Virus record (IMG/VR): IMGVR_UViG_3300036770_003657
Coordinates: 310,001-374,000 of that record
Direction: 5' to 3' (one strand)
Length of the DNA stretch: 64,000 nucleotides
The notes beneath the pieces were generated by a model that saw only the letters and a list, made by a program, of their open reading frames with translations, did not search any database and was not told where the DNA came from. Within the stretch, counting starts at the first letter, position 1; every line of letters begins with the position of its first letter. Shown here in pieces: positions 1 through 9,467 of this stretch. Position numbers and translations under genes: made by a program.

Positions 1-189
1 TCTATGATAGCCTATACTTATTCCTAACAAGGTTATACACACATACCCAATTATTGAATATAGGAACCACCATTCTGTAGTATTATTGGTGCCTATATTG
101 AAAATAGCCAAAGCTCCTATTACTTGCATAGGAACTATACTAGCCCATAAATTTTTGAGTTTAAAAAAATTTATAATTTTCTTTTCCAT
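1..189 (-). CDS. Fatty-acid (delta-9-type) desaturase, N-terminal part; runs off window start
   Basis: Hand translation from ATG at 189: MEKKIINFFKLKNLWASIVPMQVIGALAIF...YVCITLLGISIGYHR. Hydrophobic helices followed by G-x-x-x-GYHR, the start of the first His box of membrane desaturases. Not in ORF track. Confidence 0.65.
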   Translation of the reverse strand, partial: MEKKIINFFKLKNLWASIVPMQVIGALAIFNIGTNNTTEWWFLYSIIGYVCITLLGISIGYHR

Positions 190-728
190 TTTTTTAATAA
201 ACTATACTTCCCTTGATAAATTATTTTTTGCCAACAGGTATTATCTGTTTCGTTAGGGCAGGTCAAGTAAAAATACTTATCAGTTTTAAAATCAAGTCCA
301 TAAAAATTTAAATTCGATGATAACCACTCGTCCCAATTAAGTGTTTGTCTACTAATAAATGAAATTTTACTGTCAGTATTTTCTTTAAGCCACGTTAATT
401 GACTTTTTGCAGTTTCGGCTATAGATTGGCTCAGCCTTCTTGAAAACCTTATCTTCTCGTTGGGCTTCCAGGTTCTATTTAAGATTCTATAAAAGTCAGT
501 TGGCCAACAATCTCTATAAGATATACTTGAACATATTATTGGTGTTTCATTATCAAAGCAGATGGTTAGTGCTAGACAATATTTTAGGAAATCTTTATCG
601 TAATTTTTCCATAACCTGTGAGTTCTGTCATTAAATTGTATGATTCGTAATTCGTCAAACAAACTATCTAAGTAATTGTCTGCACCTGGGGACCATGTAA
701 CAGTATTCATTACGCTATTTTCATCCAA
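171..728 (-). CDS. Hypothetical phage protein (start may be at 710)
   Basis: 185-aa ORF packed between neighbours; no clear motif. Confidence 0.6.
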   Translation of the reverse strand: MDENSVMNTVTWSPGADNYLDSLFDELRIIQFNDRTHRLWKNYDKDFLKYCLALTICFDNETPIICSSISYRDCWPTDFYRILNRTWKPNEKIRFSRRLSQSIAETAKSQLTWLKENTDSKISFISRQTLNWDEWLSSNLNFYGLDFKTDKYFYLTCPNETDNTCWQKIIYQGKYSLLKKWKRKL

Positions 729-1150
729 TAAAATTTTTCTTTTCTTTTATCAAGCCATTCTAAATACCCATGCGGTTCTATTGATGATGGATCATCTACT
801 GATTCATGTATACTATACAATAGTTTTTTATACCCTTGTTTCCTTAAATAGTCACAAAAAGACGCAATTAATGATCTTGTTAAAGATCCATGCCTATACT
901 CTTTGATAACATATATCCATGTTGCTAATGGGATAGTATTTTGAAAAATATAATCCCATGTTATCATACCGCATATATTAGAATCTATCTCTGCAATTAA
1001 AATTCTTTTACCTTCTATGGCTTCTCTTAACCATATATCTATATCATGTGTATAGATTAGTGTGTTACATTTGCTTAATTCTTTAATAATAAAAGATTCG
1101 GATTGAGTAGGAAACCTTATTATAAGATCAGCTATGCTATTATTGTTCAT
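710..1150 (-). CDS. GNAT-family acetyltransferase-like protein
   Basis: ILIAEIDSNICGMI...WIYVIKEYRHGSLTRSL matches the GNAT motif A-like V-x-x-x-Y-R-x-x-G pattern. Confidence 0.6.
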   Translation of the reverse strand: MNNNSIADLIIRFPTQSESFIIKELSKCNTLIYTHDIDIWLREAIEGKRILIAEIDSNICGMITWDYIFQNTIPLATWIYVIKEYRHGSLTRSLIASFCDYLRKQGYKKLLYSIHESVDDPSSIEPHGYLEWLDKRKEKFYWMKIA

Positions 1151-1176
1151 AAATTTTCAATAAGAAAATATTAATT

Positions 1177-1761
1177 TTAAAAATGTTTGATATCGTCTAA
1201 TGACCATATGGATCCTGTAATAGAAATACGGGAATGTTTTAAATGATCTACATCATGCATAACTAATCCATTTAATAATACCCAAGTACATTTTTCGAAT
1301 TTTATAGAGCCAATATTGACCAAAGAATTATAATCATTAGCAACGTCACCATATTCTCTCAATATAGGTTTATCTTCTTCTTGATAAAAATTAGTAAATA
1401 TACCTTCACCACCTAAATCTAAAATGTAAAGAATAGTCCATCGTCTAGGTTCCTTATCACAATGTGCTAGTAATTTAGTTTTTTCAATTACAGGCTCAAT
1501 TTTTTGAATTCCTACTTGGTTAAAATTACATGGAATATTTTCTTCTATCCAAGTGCTAAGAGGAGAAAGTAAAGGCCACCTTTTATATAATGAATTTTTA
1601 TACTTAATATCTTTATAATGTCCAACTCTTAATCCTTTACCCTCATATTGCAGTTCATCATTATTATAGTTAGAAATATCTAACAATAAATTATCAGGTA
1701 TTTTTGGCCAATCTTTTAATATAGCCCATAAAATTACGTCGTTATATCGAATAGTGTTCAT
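1177..1761 (-). CDS. Putative Fe(II)/2OG-oxygenase-like (DSBH) protein
   Basis: HCD...HDV...R arrangement. Confidence 0.5.
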   Translation of the reverse strand: MNTIRYNDVILWAILKDWPKIPDNLLLDISNYNNDELQYEGKGLRVGHYKDIKYKNSLYKRWPLLSPLSTWIEENIPCNFNQVGIQKIEPVIEKTKLLAHCDKEPRRWTILYILDLGGEGIFTNFYQEEDKPILREYGDVANDYNSLVNIGSIKFEKCTWVLLNGLVMHDVDHLKHSRISITGSIWSLDDIKHF

Positions 1762-1781
1762 ATGTCCTTAATAAAAAATAT

Positions 1782-1854
1782 TGGAGCGGGTAGTCGGATT
1801 CGAACCGGCTTCATTAGCTTGGAAGGCTAAGTCCTCTCCCAGGAGAATACCCGC
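1782..1854 (-). tRNA. trnG: tRNA-Gly(TCC)
   Basis: Acceptor GCGGGTA/TACCCGC, anticodon arm TTAGC-CTTCCAA-GCTAA, GTTCGAATC T-loop, encoded CCA; atypical D-arm. Confidence 0.9.
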
Positions 1855-1856
1855 AT

Positions 1857-1978
1857 ACTTTATTAAAACACACTACCACCGAACTTTTTCACCTAGGGTT
1901 ATTAGTTTGTCTGCTAGGCAGAACATTGACTACGTACCGTCGGGCTTTGACTAGTCTTCAAGTGTGCTTTAATAAAGT
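1857..1978 (-). ncRNA. Long-stem hairpin RNA (family member 1)
   Basis: 18-bp terminal stem ACTTTATTAAAGCACACT/AGTGTGTTTTAATAAAGT with one G:U that only pairs on the minus strand; interior carries TGCCTAGCAGACAAA. Confidence 0.65.
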
Positions 1979-2295
1979 GTAGGCCACTAGTTCCCACTAG
2001 CCCCTACTTGAGTTGTTACCCTGTCCGTGCCTTTTTACCAAGAGGCAACCTCCACACATACTTTTACCCTACCGGATGAATGGCCCGGAGGGAGGTAGGT
2101 ATGTTCTCACCTAATATGGTTCACGCACATATAAGACGCCTACTCGCTAACCGGCGTAGGGCCGGGGATTCTGTTCAGGGACGCAAAGTTGCTGTCGTTT
2201 AAGAGTTAGCGTAGGCTTCGGGTCTCCGCTTGTCGTTAAGTCTAACTACTACTCTCCCTCTATTGTGTCGCCCAATCCTGGCGATCAATACTTAA
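1979..2295 (-). ncRNA. Unassigned structured non-coding RNA (~310 nt)
   Basis: GC-richer, ORF-free, several hairpins (TCGCC/GGCGA, CCTAC/GTAGG, CCGG/CCGG, TGCCT/AGGCA, CTAGT-GGGA-ACTAG); lies between a promoter and tRNA-Gly. Confidence 0.55.
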
Positions 2296-2308
2296 TTTTC
2301 TAATAATT

Positions 2309-2337
2309 ATTTTACAGTACTTCTAATAAAAAAGCAA
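2309..2337 (-). promoter_or_regulatory. sigma70-type promoter for ncRNA/tRNA-Gly unit
   Basis: TTGCTT-17 nt-TAAAAT, with TG immediately 5' of the -10 hexamer. Confidence 0.6.
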
Positions 2338-2425
2338 CTAATAATTTTATCATTTTCTAATTCTTTATGAGTAATTTCCATACCCTATTTATATTAGATA
2401 GATTTTAAAAAAAGAGTTAAATAGT

Positions 2426-2902
2426 TTGAAAATTATGAAATACTTGACGCATTTAGATTTTCCTTATGATAAAGAACAATTAATTTCCATTGCTGCTTTA
2501 GCTAAAGAATCAGCTACATATTACACTGACGATCGTTTTCCAAACTTAAATCTCACGTCTCATCTTATAAGTTACTATAACAACGAATATTTGGAGTCAT
2601 TAATAAGATCTTTAGATATTTCAGGCCAACCTAGATTTTATTATATGCAACCTTATAGTTTTTTTCCCACCCATACTGATAACCAAACGAAATGTTCAAT
2701 TAATATCATATTAAGCAATGACCCTGCACCAATAACTCTGTTAGGTAAAGACCTATATTATAAGTGCGCTATTATAGATACAACTAAACCGCATTCAGTG
2801 AGAAATAACTTTAGTGAACGTGTATTGTTTAAAATTAGCATTTTTGATAAATCTTATAAATCTATACTCAATCAACTTGAACTTAGGAAATTTATAAAAT
2901 AA
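2426..2902 (+). CDS. Putative Fe(II)/2OG-oxygenase-like protein
   Basis: PTHTD...KPHSV...RVLF motif set. Confidence 0.5.
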   Translation: MKIMKYLTHLDFPYDKEQLISIAALAKESATYYTDDRFPNLNLTSHLISYYNNEYLESLIRSLDISGQPRFYYMQPYSFFPTHTDNQTKCSINIILSNDPAPITLLGKDLYYKCAIIDTTKPHSVRNNFSERVLFKISIFDKSYKSILNQLELRKFIK

Positions 2903-3028
2903 AGAAAATTTTTATTGAATATATCTTTCTTTAGCTAATAAAGATCTTAGCAACCAACTATCCTTCACAACATTTAGTACATTCTCCACAACTTCTTCCT
3001 AAAGTTTCCACGATAATGGGAATAGTTT

Positions 3029-3469
3029 TCAATCTCTTAAATCTCCGACCAAATGTAATCTCCATTGATCAGATCCATTAATTGCAGTATGATCTAAAGT
3101 TGAATCTACTAAACATATATGCCCAATTGGAATATGTTCGACCAAACCATTTTTAAAAACGAAAAAGCACTGATCATTTGTAATCAAAGGAATTTGTATT
3201 CGTTTATAGAAATCTCTGTGTAAACTATAACAGGATTTAGGACCTAACCATAACAATCTAGTTCTAAATAAATTGTATTTTTTAATATATATTTCTATAG
3301 TTGTATTATCTATTATTGATTTTATAGTATGTTCATCATCTAATTGGAGATAAAATTGCTTACTTTGAGGTACAAAATCAATCCATTCAATCTTAGGCTC
3401 TATTTGATAATAATCCTTTAATAATCTTACGTGAGTTATTGTATCTATAGTATCTAATATATCAATCAT
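3029..3469 (-). CDS. Aspartyl/asparaginyl beta-hydroxylase-like oxygenase
   Basis: YSLHRD..RIQIPL...HTAING...RLHLV is typical of the family. Confidence 0.65.
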   Translation of the reverse strand: MIDILDTIDTITHVRLLKDYYQIEPKIEWIDFVPQSKQFYLQLDDEHTIKSIIDNTTIEIYIKKYNLFRTRLLWLGPKSCYSLHRDFYKRIQIPLITNDQCFFVFKNGLVEHIPIGHICLVDSTLDHTAINGSDQWRLHLVGDLRD

Positions 3470-4046
3470 TTTTTTTAGAATAGCACAAGTTTGATATTTT
3501 TTGAATCACTTCGTCAAATGTAGGATTGCCAATTAAACGTACACTAAGAATACATCTATAACTATTGTCTAATCTACTAGTAACATTATGGGGAATATCA
3601 ACTCTAGTTATTGTTGGATAGTTATCAATATATGCTCTATCAATAATACTTGGTTTATCTTTCCAGACTACTTTATAAAATTTTGTTCCCCCAGTAGTAG
3701 AAACTGGCAATTTATAATAACTACCATCTAGCCAGTACATATAGGTTTCAGCACACCCTTCTAGAGGGAAAATTATTGAAGTATGTATTGCTCGTTTTTC
3801 TATGTTATCATAATCGACATGACATACATCACTTTCGTAGAAAAAATTTTTTCTTTTAAAGCATAAAAAATTCCATCCTGGAGTTAATCCATAGCTATTC
3901 ATTTCTTCAGCAAAAACTTCTATCAGATCTTTTGAAATTGGTATGTTTTTGATATAGATGTCTTCTGTATCAAATTTACTCATAAAATCCAATGTTTGTT
4001 TTTTGAAATGATCGAAACATTTTAATTTAAAAGAATAATGTAACAT
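3462..4046 (-). CDS. Putative Fe(II)/2OG-oxygenase-like protein
   Basis: CHVD...IPHNV...R motif set. Confidence 0.5.
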   Translation of the reverse strand: MLHYSFKLKCFDHFKKQTLDFMSKFDTEDIYIKNIPISKDLIEVFAEEMNSYGLTPGWNFLCFKRKNFFYESDVCHVDYDNIEKRAIHTSIIFPLEGCAETYMYWLDGSYYKLPVSTTGGTKFYKVVWKDKPSIIDRAYIDNYPTITRVDIPHNVTSRLDNSYRCILSVRLIGNPTFDEVIQKISNLCYSKKND

Positions 4047-4084
4047 AAGTTTATTTATTTTCTGTAGTTAAAAATAAATATTTC

Positions 4085-5053
4085 ATGAAAAAGGTTTTAC
4101 TTTTAGTTCCAAGATTAGACGTTCTGTTTATTCCAAATAGTTATATTCCGTCAATAATAGGTCCTCCATTAGATAACGGAAAAAAATTATGGGGTGATTT
4201 CTTAAAATGTTTAGAGAAAGAGTATAAAACTAGATCTGATATAAAATTTTCTAAATTAGAACTTCCTATTTGGCAATTTAGTCCCAATATGTTAAAAGAT
4301 TACGACTATGATATGGTACTAGTTCCTCATAGTGCAGACTATAATTTTAAAGTAAAAAATAAACAAGTATACTATTATATGCAAACGACTTTTCCATGGA
4401 TATTCAGTGTAGATCCAAAGGGCTGGGCAGGAGGTGCTAGTGTATATCCATATAATAGCTTATATACTGATAAAATTGATAGTACAGTTTTTAATAATTT
4501 AAGAACTAGAGCGTTAGAAAACAAAAGTAAATTTGATCAACCTAAATATACTGATATATCTTTACCTGAAAATTTTGTATTGTTTACCTGTCAAATACCA
4601 ACAGATCAAAATGTAATGTATCATAGTAAAACAAGTGTAATTAATGCACTAATTTGGACCTGTAAAGCTACAGAAAAGATAAACATACCTTTAATAGTAA
4701 AAGGCCATTTATATAGAAAAGAAACAATGAACCATCTAAAACAAATTGTAAAAACTTATAAACATGCTATTTTTATGGAAGATGTAAGTATACATCAATT
4801 AATAAGTTTATCTAAATGTGTAGTTACAATAAATTCTGGAACTGGAATGGAAGCATTGTTGCATAAAAAACCAGTTATTACATTTGGCAAAGCTGAATAT
4901 GATTGTGTAACTAATCATGCAACAAAAGATAATATCATTGAAGTATTGAAAAATTTATCTTATAATGAAAACGACGTTATTAGATTTTTTGATACTTGGT
5001 ATAACTGGTGTTATGACGTAAATAATCCAGATTCTTTTTTCAAACTGCCCTAA
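4085..5053 (+). CDS. Capsular polysaccharide synthesis (KpsS/Capsule_synth-like) glycosyltransferase
   Basis: QIPTD..V, LIVKGH, VVTINSGTGMEALLHKKPVITFG..Y. Confidence 0.7.
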   Translation: MKKVLLLVPRLDVLFIPNSYIPSIIGPPLDNGKKLWGDFLKCLEKEYKTRSDIKFSKLELPIWQFSPNMLKDYDYDMVLVPHSADYNFKVKNKQVYYYMQTTFPWIFSVDPKGWAGGASVYPYNSLYTDKIDSTVFNNLRTRALENKSKFDQPKYTDISLPENFVLFTCQIPTDQNVMYHSKTSVINALIWTCKATEKINIPLIVKGHLYRKETMNHLKQIVKTYKHAIFMEDVSIHQLISLSKCVVTINSGTGMEALLHKKPVITFGKAEYDCVTNHATKDNIIEVLKNLSYNENDVIRFFDTWYNWCYDVNNPDSFFKLP

Positions 5054-5236
5054 GCCCAACGACCAAAATCACTTAAATATTTCGTTTTAACTTTTTTGAA
5101 AGAATATCCATTTCTTAAATTAACTTTGAAATCAAATTTAATATCATTAATTTTTTTAATTTTTTAATTGTGACAGAAATTGATCAAAATCTGTACAGAA
5201 TCTTGGTTCACCTGAGATTAGAAGCGCTACTTTCAT
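5051..5236 (-). pseudogene. Collapsed remnant of a glycosyltransferase-like gene
   Basis: MKVALLISGEPRFCTDF... stops after 26 codons; another frame gives ...KYLSDFGRWA*. Looks like N- and C-termini joined across a deletion. Confidence 0.4.
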
Positions 5237-5688
5237 TTTTCAAATTCCAAAATAGCCAAAGATCGAAATAATGGATCATTACTATAAATATTTAGTTCTC
5301 CATTTTGATCATATGCAACCAAGTGTTTACCTTGCTTTGCCTGCTCTTCGGCCCATTCGTATACATATTTTTTAATTATACCTGCTGTAACTATTCTGTA
5401 GTATAGATAAGTTTCTAATTTCTTGGTTATAATTATAGCATTACATTTATCAGGTTTAAGGTTTTCTGGTAAGGAACTATTTTCAATCCAATCACAATAA
5501 AAATTTTTACATAAGGTATCTCTTACTGGGTAAATTCCACATCCAACTCTGCCTAAAAACCTACAAGAACCATTAGTTGGACTTATTTCAAAATTAAAAA
5601 CTCTGGCAATTAACCAACCTTCGCAGCATTTACTACATCCGTTACAACTTCTTCCTTTGGTTTCAACATATATAGAAAATTGCTTCAA
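5233..5688 (-). CDS. YkgJ-like Cys-cluster (CxxCxxCC) Zn/Fe-binding protein
   Basis: RSCNGCSKCCEG...CRFL...CGIYPVR..LCKNFYC. Confidence 0.7.
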   Translation of the reverse strand: MKQFSIYVETKGRSCNGCSKCCEGWLIARVFNFEISPTNGSCRFLGRVGCGIYPVRDTLCKNFYCDWIENSSLPENLKPDKCNAIIITKKLETYLYYRIVTAGIIKKYVYEWAEEQAKQGKHLVAYDQNGELNIYSNDPLFRSLAILEFEK

Positions 5689-5909
5689 TCTTTAATATCT
5701 CCTACTAAATGTAATCTCCAATCATTAGAACCATTTATGGTAGTATGTTCTAAAGTAGAATCTATTAAGTATGAAAATCCTACAGATATATGTTCAAACG
5801 GTCCATCTTTAAAAATTATTCCATAGATGTCCCATTCAATTTTAGGTTCTAAAAGGTAATAATCATCTAGTAAAATAATATGATTAATTGATTTTAACTT
5901 TTTTATCAT
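5685..5909 (-). pseudogene. Internally deleted paralog of the 3029-3469 hydroxylase
   Basis: Shares DYY..EPKIEW and DSTL.HT.INGS..WRLHLVGD but lacks the central ~70 aa including HRD. Confidence 0.6.
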
Positions 5910-6580
5910 TTTTTTGAAACTATTGCACAAGTTTGAAAATTTATAGTAAACTTTGGGTTTTTAAATTCTATATGATAATGAGGAAATAAACTAGCTAGGT
6001 ACTTTTTGTTATAAAAGGCTAAAAACATTTTATTATCGATTGGCCTATCTCCTTTTTTATTATCTATCAAATATAGTTTATCATTTGATATAATAGGGTC
6101 ACATGTACCAAAATCTTTAATTCTTTTCCGATAAAAGAAATTAGTTACCTTACTATCTTCTATATCACAGAAACTAAAATATATTTTGTTTTTACAATAG
6201 TTGAATAAATCATCAATTCTATTTTTCATCTCATCTTCTGTGGTATGTGTAAAAACACTATATGCAATAATATTATCAAAGGATTTATTCAATGATAGTT
6301 TTAAATTTTTAATTCCTGTAGGATTATACATTGCATTGTAATCATCAAAATGAAAAAATTCTGCTTTAGGGTACAAATATCTAGCCTGTTCTATAGCTTC
6401 TTTTAAAACATCTATTCCTGTATAAAGACTAATATCATAATCAACCTCTCTTGTTTCTAGAAATGAGCCAATATTACACCCGTAATCTAGTAAAGTCCCT
6501 TGAATAATTTTTTCATCTATACACTTAAAGTAAGAAAAATTTTCTTTTTTATAATTTATAATCATTGTAATTTTACCCAT
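5906..6580 (-). CDS. Class I SAM-dependent methyltransferase
   Basis: LLDYGCNIG motif I, YTGIDV, AYSVFTH. Confidence 0.8.
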   Translation of the reverse strand: MGKITMIINYKKENFSYFKCIDEKIIQGTLLDYGCNIGSFLETREVDYDISLYTGIDVLKEAIEQARYLYPKAEFFHFDDYNAMYNPTGIKNLKLSLNKSFDNIIAYSVFTHTTEDEMKNRIDDLFNYCKNKIYFSFCDIEDSKVTNFFYRKRIKDFGTCDPIISNDKLYLIDNKKGDRPIDNKMFLAFYNKKYLASLFPHYHIEFKNPKFTINFQTCAIVSKK

Positions 6581-6664
6581 TCTTTAATTATTCTCAATCC
6601 TTCTGGATCATGCCATAGTGAATGCTTGTCACTATTTAATACTTTAAATTTAACAAGAGAAATG

Positions 6665-7096
6665 TCAAATTATATATTCGTAATTTATGGTATCTACGTT
6701 TTCACGAAATATATTAGCACCATTTCTTAGATGAAACTTACGGGCCATTTCAGTTTTTGGACTAAGGGTTACAAATCTAGTGACTGTAGGATATAATTTT
6801 GGAATTTCGTCAACTACAGCAAATAATAACTTACTGGCCGCACCCGCACGATAACTCCATATGGTATAAAATATGGCAGTGGTGAGGGTTGTGTCATCTC
6901 TACTTAGATCTTCTACAGTTTGTGGAACAAAATTGTGTAGACTAACGCATATCATAGCCTCTAATTTTTCTTCAACTAGAGCACCTACAAATCTATTACG
7001 ACTAACACGGAAATCTATAGGAATGTCTGGACGTACTGGGTCATCTTTGATATATTCTAACAAAGGGTTATCTGTGTCCTTTATGAGATTTAACAT
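6665..7096 (-). CDS. Conserved phage protein, GNAT-like fold possible
   Basis: IFYTIWSYRAGAASKLL...VTLSPKTEMARKFHLRNGA. Confidence 0.5.
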   Translation of the reverse strand: MLNLIKDTDNPLLEYIKDDPVRPDIPIDFRVSRNRFVGALVEEKLEAMICVSLHNFVPQTVEDLSRDDTTLTTAIFYTIWSYRAGAASKLLFAVVDEIPKLYPTVTRFVTLSPKTEMARKFHLRNGANIFRENVDTINYEYII

Positions 7097-7139
7097 ATAG
7101 CTACTTTATTATATACATATTTATATAATAAATATTTAC

Positions 7140-7664
7140 ATGAATGATTATTACCAAAAAATTAATTGGAATTATGATAAAGAATTACTTCTAAATTTGG
7201 TCACAGAAGTAAATCATATAGGTATGATAAATTTACCTTTTCAATATGTTCGAAAAATAAAAAATACCCTTAAATTGTTCATTCATCCTTTTAGTATTTT
7301 GTATTTTAACATTGAAGAAAATGGCGTAGGAACTATTCATATAGATTATTTGAATAACATTAGTGATTGGGCACTTAATCTTCCTTTAACGGAGAATTTT
7401 GCAACAATGCATTGGTACACGCAAAATAAAAAAGATGTTGAATTTTATAACACCAGTGATAATTTTGCTGCCAGTCCTAGGCTAAATCAGGAAAATGCTA
7501 TTCAAATAGCAAGTTGTCAAATAAGTCAACCCTTAATTGTTAAAATAAATTATTGGCATAATGTAACTAATCAAACAAAAGATTTTACAAAGTTTATAAG
7601 TTTGAGATTTCTTAAAATAACATCAGATGAATTCTTATCAAGACAAAAAATAATTAAATTTTAA
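7140..7664 (+). CDS. Putative Fe(II)/2OG-oxygenase-like protein
   Basis: IHID...WALNLP...WHNV...SLRF. Confidence 0.5.
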   Translation: MNDYYQKINWNYDKELLLNLVTEVNHIGMINLPFQYVRKIKNTLKLFIHPFSILYFNIEENGVGTIHIDYLNNISDWALNLPLTENFATMHWYTQNKKDVEFYNTSDNFAASPRLNQENAIQIASCQISQPLIVKINYWHNVTNQTKDFTKFISLRFLKITSDEFLSRQKIIKF

Positions 7665-7675
7665 TAACTAATTTT

Positions 7676-7751
7676 TGGTGCCGCCTCGTGGGATCGAACC
7701 ACGTTCCTCGGTTCTTCAGACCGGTGCTATGACCACATCAGCTAAAGCGGC
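7676..7751 (-). tRNA. trnF: tRNA-Phe(GAA)
   Basis: Cloverleaf, loop CTGAAGA, CCA; C:A mismatch at top of anticodon stem. Confidence 0.9.
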
Positions 7752-7756
7752 ATATT

Positions 7757-7832
7757 TGGGGTAACCTATGAGGATCGAACTCATACTGTCTCGGTCACGA
7801 CGAGAGGTGCAGGCCACTACACTAAGGTCACC
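7757..7832 (-). tRNA. trnH: tRNA-His(GTG)
   Basis: G-1:C73 identity pair, loop TCGTGAC, CCA. Confidence 0.9.
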
Positions 7833-7838
7833 ATTAAC

Positions 7839-7913
7839 TGGTGCTGATAATAGGATTTGAACCTATGACTTCCATCTTACCAAGATGGCGATCTACCCCT
7901 GATCTATATCAGC
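7839..7913 (-). tRNA. trnT: tRNA-Thr(GGT)
   Basis: CCATC-TTGGTAA-GATGG, CCA. Confidence 0.92.
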
Positions 7914-7984
7914 AAGAAAGTTAGTTGTACAAAAGTATAGGTTTTGATCGAAACTTATCTAGTAAGTATACAAAAGGACTTACT

Positions 7985-8254
7985 ATGAGAGCACAAGACC
8001 TACTAAGAGATTATATAAACATTGTTGAAAAATGGGGCACGCCTACTACAGTCGCACCCAGCGAACGTGGCAAATATAAGGGCAAGAGTAAACAGGAACT
8101 ACAAAAAAGTTACAATTCTCTAAAAGCCAGTGGCCCACATAAAAAAGGATCAACAGAATATGGTCGTATGCGTGAACTAGCATTTGCCATACGTGCTAAA
8201 AGTGGATGGGGCAGTGTAAAGGGTGAAGGTAGTTATGAACAAGAGGAAGAATAA
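7985..8254 (+). CDS. Small basic phage protein (possible virion internal protein)
   Basis: SD AAAGGA before ATG 7985; MRAQDLLRDYINIVEKW... Confidence 0.6.
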   Translation: MRAQDLLRDYINIVEKWGTPTTVAPSERGKYKGKSKQELQKSYNSLKASGPHKKGSTEYGRMRELAFAIRAKSGWGSVKGEGSYEQEEE

Positions 8255-8257
8255 TTC

Positions 8258-8503
8258 TTGGATATAGAATTTATCTGCCTCTCAAAACTTGGTGTAGGAT
8301 CTGTTCTAGTAAGACATACGGATATTATTACTATGGAGCTTACTCCTATGGGATTCACTCGTATTGAATTTGGTTACGGTGAACATCTCATAGTGGAGGA
8401 AACACCTATTCAAATACTAAACAAGATTAGAGCAGCACAAGAACTCAGTGAGCAGTCTGTTGAATCAACAATTAAAGAACCTATTAATAAGGAGTCTAAA
8501 TAA
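8258..8503 (+). CDS. Small protein, FlbD-like fold possible
   Basis: DIITME.....TRIEF..GEHLIVEETPIQIL resembles the FlbD family pattern. Confidence 0.35.
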   Translation: MDIEFICLSKLGVGSVLVRHTDIITMELTPMGFTRIEFGYGEHLIVEETPIQILNKIRAAQELSEQSVESTIKEPINKESK

Positions 8504-9107
8504 TCTCTACACTAATTTTTTCTTTAGTTTTAGTAGGAAACAGTTGATTAGTTACATGATGCAGTCTTCTGCTTCTATCAGGATCACCAAATCCAATTCC
8601 CATTAATAAACTAGGACCGTTTGTCATTCCTAAAATTTGTTGTATCTGTGTTCCATCAAAACAGGCACAACAACCAGTTTTATAACCTAAAATATTACTG
8701 ATTAAATTAGCATAACCTGCCGCTATACCTATGGCCATGTCGCTATCTCTAGTTGAAGTAGCTTTGGAACCATTTTCATAAATATGGTTTTTTATTTTAT
8801 GTCTATCACTGGTTTCTATAGCCTCAAACACAAGTAAAAGATTAGCTAAAGTTTGACTGTTAGTTGTCCACTCTCCATTAGGTAACAAAAATCCTTCAGT
8901 AGTTGCATGTATAGATTCAATAATATTTCTATTTACTACAGCATAAACCTTATAAAAAGCATGATTTTGTTTACTGGGGCAATTAGATACAGCATGTATT
9001 ATAAGTTCTAAATCCTCTTGCGGAATATTTTTAGAAATGTCCCAATTACGCTGACAATGTTGACTTCTTATTATAGCTTTTTCAAGTTCTTGATGAGTAA
9101 TTTGCAT
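8496..9107 (-). CDS. Nitroreductase-family flavoprotein
   Basis: RSQHCQRNWD, CPSKQN, LLMGIGF. Confidence 0.8.
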   Translation of the reverse strand: MQITHQELEKAIIRSQHCQRNWDISKNIPQEDLELIIHAVSNCPSKQNHAFYKVYAVVNRNIIESIHATTEGFLLPNGEWTTNSQTLANLLLVFEAIETSDRHKIKNHIYENGSKATSTRDSDMAIGIAAGYANLISNILGYKTGCCACFDGTQIQQILGMTNGPSLLMGIGFGDPDRSRRLHHVTNQLFPTKTKEKISVEII

Positions 9108-9143
9108 AATATTGCTCCTAGTACATTATTTATACTAGAAATT

Positions 9144-9218
9144 TGGTGCCTCTTCTTGGGAACGATCCAAGGACCCCCACCTTATCAAGATGGTGCTCTA
9201 CCACTGAGCTAAAGAGGC
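9144..9218 (-). tRNA. trnI: tRNA-Ile(GAT)
   Basis: CCATC-TTGATAA-GGTGG, CCA; T-loop ATCGTTC. Confidence 0.88.
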
Positions 9219-9222
9219 ATAT

Positions 9223-9297
9223 TGGATGCGGAGGACGGATTCGAACCGCCGATCTCTAGGTTATGAGCCTAGTGAGTTTCCTCTTCTCTACCCCGCG
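9223..9297 (-). tRNA. trnM: tRNA-Met(CAT), initiator-like
   Basis: C1:A72 mismatch, loop CTCATAA, CCA. Confidence 0.85.
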
Positions 9298-9303
9298 ATT
9301 GTA

Positions 9304-9378
9304 TGGTGGACCGGCGGAGGATCGAACTCCGACTAAAGGCTTGCAAAGCCCCTGTGCTACCATTATCACTACCAGCCC
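9304..9378 (-). tRNA. trnA: tRNA-Ala(TGC)
   Basis: G3:U70, loop TTTGCAA, CCA. Confidence 0.92.
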
Positions 9379-9384
9379 ATTGTT

Positions 9385-9460
9385 TGGCTCCGGTCCAGGG
9401 ATTCGAACCCCGCTTCATGGATTAACAGTCCACCGCCTACACCTAGCTTGCTCGACCGGA
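9385..9460 (-). tRNA. trnN: tRNA-Asn(GTT)
   Basis: GTGGA-CTGTTAA-TCCAT, CCA. Confidence 0.92.
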
Positions 9461-9467
9461 ATATACT

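Noticed and set aside
2177-2190. GGGACGCAAAG resembling a c-di-GMP-I riboswitch
   Set aside because: No upstream GGCAAACC or GNRA P2 element; it lies on the strand opposite the inferred transcript
2150-2215. tmRNA-like tag (AAC GAC AGC AAC TTT GCG = NDSNFA) on the minus strand
   Set aside because: No tRNA-like GGGGC.../...CCACCA ends, no resume GCA, and the frame does not end in ALAA
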